A DNA stretch of 64,000 nt, from contig NC_083431.1 in the NCBI RefSeq assembly GCF_020745735.1, positions 20,674,496 to 20,738,495 on the forward strand, given 5' to 3'. Each line of letters opens with the position of its first letter. Positions within the stretch are counted from its first letter, which is position 1. Made by a program: the position numbers and the translations under genes. The notes beneath the pieces were generated by a model that saw only the letters and a list, made by a program, of their open reading frames with translations, had not been told where the DNA came from and did not search any database. Shown piece by piece: positions 26,010 to 40,383 of the stretch. The stretch is from Hemiscyllium ocellatum. Taxonomy: Eukaryota.

Positions 26010-27964
26010 GTGAGTACAACTGAGAACCAGGTGGAGGGTGAACAACAGTGAACTGGTTATTAACATGGGGGACATTATGGCTATCTTAATAGTTCTTTTT
26101 CTCTGAAATGTTAGGAGTAATGTTCACATTTCAACTACAAATTAAGAAATCAATTTTCTTGAAGTCTTGCAAATTTTTGTGCACATGATATGTTATGGTA
26201 TTTGCTAAAAGTACATTACTGATAACTAGTTATAACGCATCAATTCTGCAGAACGCTCTCTATCTTGGCTTAGTACAGAATTAGGAGTTTGCAAACTGAA
26301 GGGTTCACTATTTTGTGTTTTTGTGACTACTATTGAATTTATATACATATTGTCATCAAAGATCTCAATTATATACCACCTTGTCCCCACACTAACCCGT
26401 CTTGGTTATTACATTCCATATAAAATTTTAATGAAATTAGTTAATGAACTTTGCTTCTGCTTCAAAAGTGTTCTTCAAAAAGAATTTCTCACATGGTTAG
26501 GTGAGGTTTATCATTTACCACATTAGAATTTCACTAACCTTCTACAAAATGTCACAGACAAGCCTTGACATCCAACAATTGTTGAATTATTTTCTACTTC
26601 TAAGCTCAACATACTTTCAAAACCCGTGATCAGACAATGTGTCCTGCTGTTTTGACACAATGGATGAAATATTAAGCTCTTTAGCACCATTTTCTGGGTG
26701 GTATGCATGCACTTAGAATTCTAAACTGAAATCCAAAGGGAGTGAGCACATTTGTGGGTTGAATCACGCCAAACACCATATTGATGATGATATAAGCACA
26801 ATGCCATTAACAATCAGTAAAAATGTGCTGGACTGGTAAACCATAAAGCTAATCAGCATGCAACATCCAACCAGCCTCCTCCTTTTCAGCTGCCTCTGTT
26901 GATGTTACAGCTTCTGTTATTGACTAGGAAGAGCCCTCCTTTGTTGCATCCTGTAAATTGGAGAAATATTAAGCACCTGACACTCATAGCTATTCCAACA
27001 ATTGAATTATGTGAAGAGGGAGGACTTGATTTGTGAACAGTCTGTCCATGGAACTAATGAGCAAAGAGATTTCGCCTCCGTCCATTGTCCTCACAAAATC
27101 TCCACCAATCACATTCTAGGCTTTTCCCACTTATGCATTTAATCCTGGCACCAGATGTGCTTCTGGAGACATTTCAAAAATCTTAATTGTAAGGGTTTCG
27201 TTCAAAGTATTGTTCTCTGACCTTCTCCTGTCCCCTTCCCCTGTCCCCTTCCCCTGTCACCTTCACCTTTGTACCATCCAAGTGAAATACTGTCTCTCCC
27301 CTTTAATTCAAACTCATTTCATTCAACGTTCCCCCTTTGTTCCAAGACCGTATGGAACATAAACAGCTCAGAAGCAAGAGCATTTGGAATTAATTTCATG
27401 TAACGCTTTGAAAGCTTAAAATGTGACTTGACCTCAAGAGAGTGCACTTGGGATTTCTTCTGAATGTACTTTAGCAATTTGAACATCAGATTAATTAGGT
27501 TTGCAATTAATTTTGTTAATAACTAGATAATATTCAAAATGGTCCCAGATCTTTATTAGCTGATAGCTAAGATAGAAATTCTGTGTTCCAGAGAGGATAA
27601 ATATTGTTGTGGCACAATTCCATTTGGATCCATGCACTATCTCTGACAACTAATTTCCTTACTGTATTTCTGACAATCTTAAAAATATCTTATGTTTTTT
27701 TTTGCTTTTCTGATTTGATATGCTTGTGTTATGCTGATTTGTAGATCAGAGGTGAATTTTAAAAGATTGTAACAAATGAATGTTTTGATATGCTGTTACT
27801 ATTGGCAACGAAATGGATAATGATTCCCATGGTTAAATTTAGCTTTCAAAGTGGTAGTCAGTTAAATTTGGCAACACACCAATAAAAATGTAAAGAATAT
27901 GTACAATAGCTATACAAAACTTGATGTTAACTGTTTACATTTTGTGTGTTTGCCATTTCACTAG

Positions 27965-28189
27965 GGCCAGTCATTGAACTTGATGAAATGGAAGGTCGAG
28001 AGTTTATTCGTGACTTGGGAAAGGATTACAGTAACACTGAAGCACCAGCAAGTACACATAATGAAAATAACAATGAGATGCCTTATTATGGAGTGGAAAG
28101 ACATGTTGACACTGAAAAATTCTATCCGGGTGAAGGTAGAAATATGAAATCAAAACAGTCAGTCCGATTCAGTTTAACAGCAGATACTG
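27965..28189 (+). CDS. EFCAB5: EFCAB5 exon (WPVIELDEMEGREF...VRFSLTADT), phase 1-1
   Basis: Acceptor ttcactAG, donor G|GTAAGT, 225 nt open (within ORF 27946-28236). Continues the RNPRQ-WP motif in frame. Confidence 0.88.
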
Positions 28190-29329
28190 GTAAGTATGAG
28201 CAAAAGAAAATTGATTTCATAGTTAGCAAGTCATAAGCAATCAGAAGAATGAGTGTTTAGAGATTGTAGCAAAGAATCAGATCAAAGAAAACTGCAAAGC
28301 ATTGTAAGTTATTGATAGTGAAACAAAACAAGAAATTAAACTACAATTAAGATTACATTGATATCAGAGCATTCAGTGTCTAGAACTACAGAGACTCAAT
28401 GTTTACGACCCAAGATACTTGCCAGGACCCTGCTGATGTCATGACATAATGTCTCTTTGGGAATTACCGGGGAAATCTGACCTATCGAGGCTCCCCGGAA
28501 GTCTCCAAAAAAAACTCTGATTCTGAGTTAGATTGGAAACTTTGGATGTTTCTGATTTATTTATCTAGATGGTTGTCCAGGAGGTGTTAGATGGGAAAGT
28601 CCTAATTGAACTCCTGGCTAACTATATAACTTACACTCTGACCCTCCCTGAGAACCTGCCTACTCCACCAAAATTCCCCTCCCTCCCCCTCCACCCCCCA
28701 ACTTCTGCCAACACAACTTTATTGTTCCAGCAGCTTACACCTGCCTGACTCTGAACCCCCAAATCGACCTGATATGTCCTCACAGTCTGACTAAGTGCTT
28801 GACTCTCCAACTTTCTACCATCAAATTCCCACATTCCTCGCTCCCACAGCCAACACACTAACTCAATCCATAATCACCCCCAAACCAACCTGACCAGAAC
28901 TCACCATTTTATCTACTACACCTTACATACATTTTTCCATTCCTGTACCCATTCATTCATACACTCACTCAGTGACGCATAGGAAAGCTGTTTCAAAGTG
29001 TCGCAGTGCATTAATGAACACTTATCAGAATATGATAACTACTGCCCTAAAACCAGGGTGTTTACCTGTGCCAATCCCTTCAATGATGTCTCTGAGGTTT
29101 ACTGTGTTGTCTGAGTTCTGCAGGATCCCCCGTGAGAAGATGCTGGAGGCACTCAAGAGGGCATTGGATGATGTATAAGGATATGAGGAAAAGGCAGAAT
29201 AGGAGATTGGCATGAGATAGGAGAACTCATGCAGGCATGATAGGCTGAATGGTCTCCTTCTGCACTGTAAATATTCTGTGATTCTAAGTAGATTGCCAGA
29301 ATAGATTGCTTTATTATCAAGGAAGATGA

Positions 29330-30650
29330 ATTTATTATCAAGGAAGAAATAGCAAGATATCTAGGTAGAAATTGTTTTGTTAAGCAGATGCAGCATGGGT
29401 TCATCAAAAACAGATTAACTAATCCATTGGTATTCTATGACAACATTACGAGCACAATGGACAATGGGGACCCTGTAGATGTAGTGCATATAGATTTACA
29501 AACGGCATTCGACAAGATGCTGCACAGAAGGTTGCTGCATAAGACGAAGATGCATGGCATTATGGGTAATGCATTAGCATGGATAGAAGACTGGTTAACT
29601 AACAGGAAGCAAAGAGTTTGGATAAATGAATGCTTTTCTGGTTGGCAATTAGTGTCTAATGGTGTGCCTCAAGGTTTAGTGTTGGGACCACAATTATTCA
29701 CAATTTACAGAGATGATTTTGAATTGGGACCATGTGTAGTGTGTCAGAGTTTGCACATGGCACTAAGATGAGTGGTAGAGCAAAGTGTACAGAATTCTGT
29801 GAAACTTTGCAGAGGGACATAGATAGTTTAAGTGAGTGGGCAAAGGTCTGGCAGATGGAGTATAATGTTAATAAATTTGAAGTCATCTATTTTGGTAGGA
29901 ATAAGAGTAAAAAGGACTATTATTTGAATGGTAACGGGGACCTGGGTGTCCTTGTGATCAATCACATGAGGTTAGTCTGCAGGTACAACAGATAATTAAG
30001 ACGGCAAATGGAATTTTGTCCTGCCTTGTGAGAGGGATTGAGTTTAAAAACAAGGAGGTTATGTTGCAGCTATATAGGTGCTGGTGAGGCTATACCTGGA
30101 GTACTGCATGAAGTTTTGGTCTCCTTATTTGAGAAAGGATGTACTGACACTAGAGGGAGTGCAGAGGCATTCACTAAATTGATTCCGGAGTTGAGGGGTT
30201 TGGTTTATAAGGAAAGATTGAGTAGACTAGGATTATGTGCATTGGAATGTAGAAGAATGAGGGGGATCTTATAGAAACATATAAAATTATGAAGGGAATA
30301 GGTAGATGGAAGTCGAGAGGATGTTTCCATGGGCAGGTGAAACTCAGACAAGAGGGCATAGCCTCAACATTAGAGGAGCAGATTTTGGACTGAATTGAGA
30401 GGAACTTCTTCAACTCGTAAGTTGTAAATCAATAGAATTCCATGCCCAGCAAAATAGTTGAGGCTTCCTCAATGAATGTTTGTAAAGCTAAGATAGATAA
30501 TTTTTTGGGGGGTTTTGGTGAGAAGGTGGGTAAGTGGAGCTGAGGCTTCAAAAAAATCAGCCATGATCTTATTGAATGATTGAGCAGGCTCGAAGGGCCA
30601 GATGGCCTACTCCTGCTCCTTGTCCTTATGTTATGTTCTTGTGTTCTTGT
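29330..30650 (+). mobile_element. CR1-clade LINE, 5'-truncated, decayed RT and 3' UTR
   Basis: QHGF...VDVVHIDLQTAFDK...WIEDWL..RKQRV...GVPQGLVLGPQLFTIY; frameshifted; simple-repeat tail. Confidence 0.92.
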
Positions 30651-30996
30651 GTTCAATGTCACAGGAAGCTAAAGAAAAGTTTTTGTTCAATTAGGATGAG
30701 AAAAAGGGATTCTGACCCTAATTTGAACATCAGTATGACTAAAACTATCAAAAGCACATTGTCCCTGAAATATGCCTGAACGAGACTTCCATATTTATAT
30801 ATTTCACATGGTCAGGACTCCAGTGTTCTTTGCTGTCAATTAAGTATTTTGCACATGTAATCACTGCTATAGTGTAGGGAACACTGTGGCCAATTTGCAT
30901 TCAGAGAGGTCCCACAGATCCCCATATGATGACCAGGTAATCTATTCCAGTGCAGTTAGTTGAGTGACAAAGAATGCAATTGGGACAGCATATTGT

Positions 30997-32368
30997 TGCT
31001 CCCACGAGGAGGTTGAATAGTTCATCAACTTTACCAACACCTTCCATCCCGACCTCAAATTCACATGGACTGTCTCAGACTCCTCCCTCCCCTTCCTAGA
31101 CCTTTCCATTTCTATCTCGGGTGACCGACTCAACACAGACATCTACTATAAACGGACTGACTCCCACAGCTACCTGGACTACACCTCCTCCCACCCTGCC
31201 CCCTGTAAAAACTCCATCCCATATTCCCAATTCCTTCGTCTCCACCGCATCTGCTCCCAGGAGGACCAGTTCCAATACCGTACAGCCCAGATGGCCTCCT
31301 TCTTCAAGGACCGCAGATTCCCCCCAGACGTGATCGACGATGCCCTCCACCGCATCTCCTCCACTTCCTGCTCCTCCGCCCTTGAGCCCCGCCCCTCCAA
31401 CTGCCACCAAGACAGAACCTCACTGGTTCTCACCTACCACCCCACCAACCTCCGTATACAGCGTATCATCTGCCGTCATTTCCGCCAACTCCAAACGGAC
31501 CCCACCACCAGGGATATATTTCTCTCCCCTCCCCTATCAGCATTCCGCAAAGACCACTCCCTTCGTGACTCCCTCGTCAGGTCCCCACCCCCCACCAACC
31601 CAACCTCCACTCCCGGCACCTTCCCCTGCAACCGCAGGAAATGCAAAACTTGCGCCCACACCTCCTCCCTTACTTCTCTCCAAGGCTCCAAGGGATCCTT
31701 CCATATCCACCACAAATTCACCTGCACCTCCACACACATCATCTATTGCATCTGCTGCACCCGATGTGGCCTCCTCTATATTGGGGAGACAGGCCACCTA
31801 TGCAGAACGCTTCAGGGAACACCTCTGGGACGCCCGAACCAACCAACCCAACCACCCCGTGGCTCAACACTTTAACTCTCCCTCCCACTCCACCGAAGAC
31901 ATGCAGGTCCTTGGACTCCTCCATCGCCAGAACATAACAACACGACGGTTGGAGGAAGAGCGCCTCATCTTCCACCTGGGAACCCTCCAGCCACAAGGGA
32001 TGAACTCAGATTTCTCCAATTTCCTCATTTCCCCTCCCCCCACCTTGTCTCAGTCGATTCCCTTGAACTCAGCACCGCCCTCCTAACCTGCAATCCTCTT
32101 CCTGACCTCTCCGCCCCCACCCCACTCTGGCCTATCACCCTCACCTTGACCTCCTTCCACTTATCACATCTCCATCGCCCCTCCCCCAAGTCCCTCCTCC
32201 CTACCTTTTATCTTAGCCTGCCTGGCACCCTGTCCTCATTCCTGATGAAGGGCTCTGGCCCGAAACGTCGAATTTCCTGTTCCTTGGATGCTGCCTAACC
32301 TGCTGTGCTTTAACCAGCAACACATTTTCAGCTCTGATCTCCAGCATCTGCAGACCTCACTTTTTACT
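30997..32368 (+). mobile_element. 5'-truncated Penelope-like retroelement (Neptune-type): RT thumb, Cys-rich linker, GIY-YIG endonuclease, 3' UTR with hammerhead
   Basis: Translates as LKFTW...LPFLD...YLDYTSSHP...PYSQFLR...CNRRKCKTC...IIYCICCTRCGLLYIGET...ERFREH...LQPQGMN, with one stop near 31018 and a frameshift near 31800. 12-bp TSD ACAGCATATTGT at 30985-30996 and 32369-32380. Confidence 0.93.
32238..32273 (+). ncRNA. Minimal type I hammerhead ribozyme motif (family A), predicted cleavage after C32269
   Basis: AUUC-CUGAUGA-A-GGGC(UCUG)GCCC-GAAA-CG-UC-GAAU: complete core, helix I AUUC/GAAU, helix II, palindromic ACGU at helix III. Confidence 0.8.
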
Positions 32369-34337
32369 ACAGCATATTGTGGTTGTACAGGAGACCATTT
32401 TTGGACTACTTTGTATAGATCTGGTCACCATGCTATTGGAAGGATTTTATTAAATTGAAGAGGGTTCAGAAAAGATTTACAAGGATATAAACAGAACTGG
32501 ACGCTTTGAGTTATAAGGAGAGGCTGGATAGACTGGGAATTTTTCACTGCAGCATATGAGGTTGAAGAACAACCTTATAGAGGTCTATAAATCATGAGGG
32601 GTATGGACAGGGTGAGCAGGTGGGAATTTTAAGGTGTCAGAAAATTTTTTAAAAAGGACCTGATGGGCATCCTGACCTGTCAGGGGAAGTGGTAGATGAA
32701 TGTACAGGTACAACATTTAAAAGACATTTGCTCAGGCTCATGAATAAGAAAGGTTTAGAGGGATAAGGGCCAAAAACAGGCAAGCGGTACTAGTTTAGTT
32801 TGGGAAACTCAGTCAGCATGGATGAATTGGAGCAAACAGTCTGTTTCTGCGTGGTGTGACTCTTTGACTCTAAGTGACAAAGTGCAAATGTTAGATGTTA
32901 TCTGAAATAAAAACCAAGATGATTCGTGTCTTATTTGCTTCACCAATGATATCATCCACTGAAAATTCACACGAAAAGTTACGGGACCACATTTCCGACA
33001 ATAAAGAATGCTTAGAGTGAAGATCTTGTCCCTCCCATTGCCCCATTGTCAGCAGCAGAAGGTCATTTTCCTCGTCTTCCTCTATGAAATTCCCTGTGCT
33101 TCTCTATTCTTTTCATTAACCAGTTAATTCATCATTAGCTAAACTTTATATCAGACTCTGTATTGATCCCTGATGGTGATTATACTAGACAATTAAGATT
33201 CCAGAATGATATGTAGACTGATGGATAATATGTTTAAATTTGCAGTTTGTTCCTGTTGTGGTTTCATTGGAACATGTCCACTCAAGGCTGCAGGTGGTCT
33301 TCATATTATTGTCTGTGGGACCTCTCTGAATGCAAATTGGCACAATGTTCCCCCCACACAATAGTGATGATTACATTTGAAAAATATTTAATTAGCTGTA
33401 AAGAATATTAGAACAGACACAAAAAGGAGAAAAAAAAATCAAAGCTCTGTATGGATATAACATCATTGGAAAGATCTTAACACAAACAACAAAACAAAGT
33501 TTCACCTTTTTTCCCAAACTATCCTTTGACAAATACTTAGTTGCAGAGAAATTTCACACCGATCTCAACTTATTATAATTTTACTTAACTGAGTCTTCCC
33601 AGTTTCTTTTCCTTGGACTGTGGAAACAATCTTACGATTCCTGTCTGAATCCACTAGCATGAAGATTCCACATTTCAGCTGTCCTTTTTTTTCAATTTGT
33701 ACAACCTGAATATATCGATCCAAATTTCTCTAGCTTGGAAACTCCACAAAACTAGAACATTTTGGTTGCATTTTGGTTCACTTGAACTACACTTTATATC
33801 TCTTGCTAAGCCTTTCTCACCTCTGAACAAACTCTAGGTTTCTCTGTACTGAAAACTTACACTTTCTTTGCTGATTTCAAAACTAAGCTAATGGTTTTTT
33901 TTGGTATGCTATAAACTCGGCAGTATAGACTTTCCATTTATTAACGCTATCGTGGTTCTCCCAAGCTCTTGACTACAGTCAGTTGCTTTCTCTGAATCGA
34001 TGTACTTTGAACACTGTTCCAAATGACTTTCAAGTCTGTTTTTTTTGTTGAAAAACTATCCATCTTCCCCTATTTTAAAGCAATTCCCAAAATACAATGG
34101 ATTATCCATCTTTTATCACAACTCTCCTTCCATGGCTCAGGCTGTGTTCCTCAATTCCAATTAATTTTTAAAAAGTTGTGTTATTGATTAAGATGTCAAT
34201 ATATTTTCAGAACTTTCTTTTCATAATAATCTTAACTTTCATATTTGATCCCAGCTTCGGAAAGTTGGTGCTTCACATTTTTTAAAAAGCCTATTGTATA
34301 AACGTAACTGTGGATTTTCATTTACAATTGCTTACAG

Positions 34338-34412
34338 GTGATCTTATTTCCGATAAAAGTTCTTATAGTGGGATTCCTGATGAGTACAGTGCAGCAACAA
34401 ATAAATTTCCAG
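34338..34412 (+). CDS. EFCAB5: Probable EFCAB5 small exon (GDLISDKSSYSGIPDEYSAATNKFP), phase 1-1
   Basis: Acceptor cttacAG, donor CAG|GTATTT, 75 nt open and phase-compatible with both neighbours. Poorly conserved linker, so supported mainly by splice signals. Confidence 0.7.
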
Positions 34413-35439
34413 GTATTTCTATTACATATTGTCCATTATATATTGTCCTTTACAACAACTGCAGAACAATAGATTGCATAGGATTTAATCACAATAGCAA
34501 TTGTTCTAGAGATTATTATCATCCTGTATTTGTTAGACAATTTCTTTGTATTTAACAAAACATGAGGAATATTGTTGCTGAGGAAAGTAACAGTTTTCAT
34601 CATTTTTAATGCCTAAGAGTGGGTTTTCTGATTCATTGTACTACAGTAACATATGTAAAATGGACACTGAATGACTGCCTGCATAGCAGTTCACATAATG
34701 TCCCATTATAACCTTCCAGTGACAAGGGAAGTACTTATCACTGATATGAGAAGACCTAATGATTAAATCGCTGAAACTCCCAATATGTTGGCATCTTGCA
34801 TTGGAAATGGAGGTTTACTTGAGCAGGTGAACAGGAAATGACATGAATAGAACTGAGGTTCTGCACAAACTTGGGTACTCTATTTACCTGCATTGGTAAC
34901 AATCGAAGTGAAATGGCACAAAATAAATGGCTCTTTCAAAGGGGCCAACTTACGTGCATTGAATCTCCTTCTGTGGTTCAAGTTCTGCAACTTATACATA
35001 AGTTATGCATAGTTGTAAAATTAGCAATTGAGATGGTATCTTTTTCCCTCTTTGCAATGTTCTCTTTGTCTCTGGTTCAGAAAAGCTAACTCGGTGCATG
35101 CCAGAGATGGATATTATGATCTGTGTGCTCTGAGCTACTGGTGTGTTTATTTGGTAGACTTACACAAAAACATTTAGCAAATATAAGTACATTTCTTTAT
35201 ACAGTTGTTTTAGTTTCATTATTTAACTTGTGTTTTCTTTTACTTTCTTATGAAGGTCTTAACCACCCTCCATTCCATTACAGAATAGCTTGCTATACAA
35301 AAGGGCCTGTATTTTATGTAGCAATCAAGAATAATTTAAACATAAAACATCATATGTGAGAAACACTACCCAAATGGAAGGAATGAAATGTTTGCAGATA
35401 AATGAAATTAGGTTTTTTTTTCCCTTGTCTTTTTTATAG

Positions 35440-35654
35440 AATTGGCGAGCATTATATCAGATATCCAGCGCCGTGGTCATACACTGATTACAACTCCCTT
35501 TGATAGGAATTCTTTAACTATCCAGCAATTTGTCCAGTTGATGGAGACTTTTATGGGAAATACCACAGATCCTTCAGCTATTGAAAGCCTTCTAAACTAC
35601 ATTCACTATGAATATAGAGAGACGAAAGAGGAAAAAATAGAAAAATTAACTCAG
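35440..35654 (+). CDS. EFCAB5: EFCAB5 exon (ELASIISDIQ...QFVQLMETFMG...ETKEEKIEKLTQ), phase 1-0
   Basis: Strong polypyrimidine tract and TAG acceptor; CAG|GTAAAT donor; 215 nt. Resembles recalled EFCAB5 'QFVQLLETFVG...ETEQEK'. Confidence 0.92.
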
Positions 35655-36275
35655 GTAAATCATGTAGGATTTCTACCCTCTTATGTTTCTGGTAACTTAG
35701 GTGTGACATTGTTTACAATCTGAATTGTTTATATTTTTTAATATAAAATGTTTATTTTCTACTCTTATATTCCCCTCTTTTTTCATGTCATTCTAATAGT
35801 TTTCTGATTGTATCATCCTCGACCCATTCTCCAGAGAAGAACATGCACTGATTCTTGAACCTCAATACATCAGGAATCATCATGAATGTTAATGACTTAA
35901 AACAAATTACAGAAAGACCACAAATTATCTGGGTGCTGTAGACTGTGTGGTTTAGATATTCAACAACAGGTGTAAACACAACTTGCAAGAAGTTCCAGTA
36001 ATTTGTTAATGTGCAACGATTCCTTCCTCAGTTGTTGGTTTTAAAACAATTCTTTTTCCATTTTAGTTCACATTGAAGCTCAAGGAAAAATGAAAGATGC
36101 AGTCTTTACACATCACTTAAAAAAAATTCATATTCATTATTTATCCTGTTGCAATGTTTTTTAATATGCATATCACTTCCATACATCTATAATTATCCAG
36201 CAATTTTTAATTATCTCACTTCATTTTTTATTGTCTTTCAACATTCCACCTTGTTTCTTCTTCCACCTTGTTTCA

Positions 36276-37157
36276 TGATGTGGAGGAGCCGGTGTTGGAC
36301 TGGAGTGGACAAAGTTAAAAATCACACAACATCAGATAACAGTCCAACAAGTTTATTTGAAAGCACTGGCTTTCAAAGTTCTGCTCCTTCTTCAGGTAGC
36401 TGTGAAGCAGTACTGTAAGACACAGAATTTATTGCAAAAGATTTCAGTGTCGTGCAACTGAAACAATATTTTGAAAAAACTTAGATTGTTGTGAAGTCTT
36501 TCGTCTTTTTTAGAATGGATTACAGGTTTCAGTTCATGAATATGTAAATCCCAGAACTACTTTTAAGTCAAATTCTCGAGATAACTTAAGGTTTTATTAA
36601 AAACAAAAGGTGACATCTCATCTCTGACAATGCATTAAAGGTATGAGGTCAGACTCTTTGTCTGTATCCAAACTTGAGACAGACTGGTTCTATTTCCAAA
36701 CTGGAGTTTACAAAATGTTACATGGATTGAGTGTCTGAATTAACTGCCTGCTGGTTGTGCATTTTTTGAGCGAAATAGAATGTATTTGCAAATATAATTC
36801 TGCAAATGCAAATTCATCCCAAAGACTGACGTGTGTGCACATGCGGGTGGGGGTGGTGTGTGGTGGGGTGGGGGTTGGGGTGCGGTGTGGCGGGGGGTGG
36901 GGGGAGGGGAGAGACAGAGAGAGAGAGAGAGCGAGAGAGAGAGAACATGTAACCAATTCTAAAAGATGAAAGACTTAACAACAATCTAAGTTTGTTAAAT
37001 GTATCATTTTATTTGCATGACACTGTAATCTTTTGCTATAAATTCTGTGTCTTATGGAACTGCTTCCCAGTCACCTGATGAAGAAGCAGTGCTTAGAAAG
37101 CTAGTGCTTCCAAATAAATCATTTGGACTATAACCTGGTGTCGTGTGATTTTTAACC
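36276..37157. mobile_element. Long PLE family B element: inverted arms of about 215 bp around a GT/GA-rich core
   Basis: About 36313-36528 is the diverged reverse complement of about 36943-37157. Hammerhead-like CAC-CUGAUGA...GAAAGCUA-GUG at about 37072-37106. Confidence 0.8.
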
Positions 37158-40100
37158 ATATCTTCACATGCACCTTTTTTTTCCCTTTGAGGAGTCTGTC
37201 AGAGGTGTTGGTAAGATTAGCACATTGATTATCAACCTGTTAACCTGTACAACAAATGTAACTTTATGGCCAACAAGTCCTGCAAAGAGACTTGAACTGG
37301 GAACTTCTGGTTTTGAGGGAGAGAGCTGCCGACTGAGCCATAAGATCTTCATCATTCCATCTGAAAAAGACCCCATAGCCAAAATGTTGTGTTTTGGCCT
37401 TTTTTTCTTTATCCTTATATTTTTAACCATGCATTAACTGTTAATTATTTCAGTTCATCATTATCTCCTGGCCTTTCAACGTTCCATCAGAAGAAGGTTT
37501 CATATTCAAATATTGTAATGAGTTTTTTTTTCTTTTCCATCTTGTACCCCAAAGCAATTCATGATAACATGAGAATTTACAATCTTATAATTAATTAGAA
37601 TACTAGCCAATGATGGGCAGGTGGAAGGAATTCAGTCCTTATCAGACGTGTGGCATCCTTTATTGTCAAAGGAACCTACTGTACCCAGTCCTGGCTAGTT
37701 GCACTAGTCTCAAAATAGAGGTGGAAGAAACTTGATTAAGAAACTTGAGTCAACATAAGGAGAGAATTCTCTGATATTGAATGTAGGTTAAGGAGGAGGC
37801 ATACATTTGAAAATGTTGGTGTAGGTTTCTTACTGTACTATCTGGCTATCAAATGTTTAACAATTGCCTCTTATTAGTTTACACGTACAGCTCATTTTAT
37901 CTAGAACTTCAATTTTTGAAAAAATGAATTTGGCTTTCATTGATTTCCAGTTGCCAGTTTCAAGATTCATTTGGAAAAGGAGTTAGGTTATGTATCTGTG
38001 ATTCTTTTGAGATGTGATTCTTGTTCATGTCAAAGTTGATTGTGCTCAATGTTTATAGATTTGGTTTTCATAGGACATGCATCACTGCATGTCCCTGAAC
38101 TCTTCTCATTTTGACCATCTATCAGCTCCCCAATCAATACGTTGCATTGAAATGCATTGTAAAACCAGAACATTGCTACATTTTAACAATATCATTTTTT
38201 TGTGTTCCTTTATTACTTTTTACCAAGGTATATATGCAAGGTGAGAAGTGGCTTATTCTGTTACCATTGGTTTCTGGCTTGAAGATTCCCAATTCTCTTT
38301 CCAGACAGGATACCCCAAATCTTTTTACAGTATTCCTAATTGTTTAGGGAGGAACTACCTCCTCTTCTTTATTTAACCACCTGTTAGTCTCAACAAGATT
38401 ATCTTAACACAAGGGATCTGTTCCCTCATGAATACATTTTCCAGTTCTAGTATATTTGTTTTAAAAGGATTTTATTTAATCAGGCCTTCTTGTGTTAAGG
38501 AAAGTATCAGCTTACTAGTTAATAAAATTCAAAGAAAAATAAGCACAACATACAAGCACACAGATAAGAAATGAGGAAAGTGAGGAAATACATAACTGCT
38601 GAGAGCAAGATATATCTATCAATCGTTACCTTATTGTGAGGAATAGATGGTGAAAAGTTATGACAGTTATGTTGAATAGTTCTGGTAGCACTGACTTAGC
38701 AATTGATCCGGAAAGTTTTAGTTCTGAAAGTTAGATGAAAGGAATCATCCTGTTTCCTTTTCAATGGTAGCTTTCCTGACTTGTGACTTGCTTCTAGAAA
38801 TCAATGAGAGAGACAAGAGAGAAGGAGAGACAGAGGTTTTCTTTTATTTGCAAGTTCAAGGTTCCCAAATGGATATTTGTAGCAGAACACACCAGCCCAT
38901 TTGAATGAGAACACCAGGTTAAAACAGTGAGTCTCAAGCTGCAATTGATTTCTTACCCTATTCTCTTGTATATTCCTAGAAGGGGAAAACAAAAACATGT
39001 CTTTTTGCCTAGAACTACTTTATTTTACTACTCATCATGTTCACAGACTGGGATATGACTCATAGACAATCGTTTCTACTGAGGTGGCAATTGACCTTCA
39101 TTATTTCTGAAATTACAGCAGATAACAGTTCAGATTTTGCATTGCATCTCTTTCTTTGAAGTGTCTCTGTCTGAAGTTGCTTGACTTCAGTTGTGATTTT
39201 CCATCCTCTCTCAAGACTGAGTTCAGTCCACATGGATGTTTTCTAAACTGTCACAGAATTACGTAGTCAGACTTTGCATTTCCAGCCATCTTTGGTTTGT
39301 ATCATTTTCATGTTTTAACAAGAAAATCTGTTTTACTTAAAGGTTTAATATGCTCGTAAGTAATTTGGGGTTATGATCCATTGTTACAACACTTCCCACA
39401 CATGGATGAAATTAACTTCATACAAAATGAAAAACAAGAGGAATTAGTTATAAAACAACAAACATGTTCAATCGCTGGAGGACCTAATTTAATCTCTTTT
39501 CATTCTGGACAGGGTGTCAATTACATTTGTTTTTCCCACAATATCGGCGATTTACAGCTGGTATGGTCGAAGGAACAAACTTCAAAGAAATAATCAACGT
39601 TCAATGTCTTAAGTGTTTCTGTAAAAATTAGGAGTTGTGTTTATGTTAAACTGTGATCATTCTGTGTTCATTTCAGACACAAATCTCAAAGTTTTGAACA
39701 TGAGGGTTTCCTCTCTACCTTGCAGTACCATTTCTGCTGCTTGTTTCAGTTTTGGCTGAGTGCTCAATTGGTCTCTCTATTCAGATATGTTTTTTTAGGA
39801 GGACAACAGTCACTAGGTGTGAAATTCTATAATTTTCCTCAGGACTGAGTTTAAGCTATCTAGGATTTTTCTGTACAGTGACTAAATTACATTCTAAGAG
39901 TTTACATTCTCAAAACCTGTCTTAGTCAGAAGTTCAATGTGTCCAAGAAGATGAACCAAGAGGACAATGCTCTAGTTTAATAGTAATAATAAACATTTCT
40001 TTTCAAATTAGTATCATTCTGGAAATCAAGGTTGAATATTTAAAAAATGAGATTATGTGAATCCATCTTTTCCCTAGGAGATGGTCATTGATCAGAAATG

Positions 40101-40383
40101 AATTTGTATATATTTAGTACTAGGAGAGTGATAGAAGAAGTTTTGGCATAATACACTTAGGGAATCATTTGGACTAAATCTGATTATCAATTGCAGATTA
40201 TTCATAATAAGATTAATGTAATGGGAGCATAACTGCCATCTCCACACTGTAAGGGGAATAATGCAGATATAATTGCCAACCAAATTGAAAATGAATTGAG
40301 GCCCAAATACTCAGTCTTAAAATCAACCAGGCCTGATATGTACCTACTACAATAGCATCACCAATCACATAGATTGTAAAGAT

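Noticed and set aside
29311-29347. 16-bp direct repeat TTATTATCAAGGAAGA
   Set aside because: Small local duplication at a CR1 5' junction; no functional implication evident.
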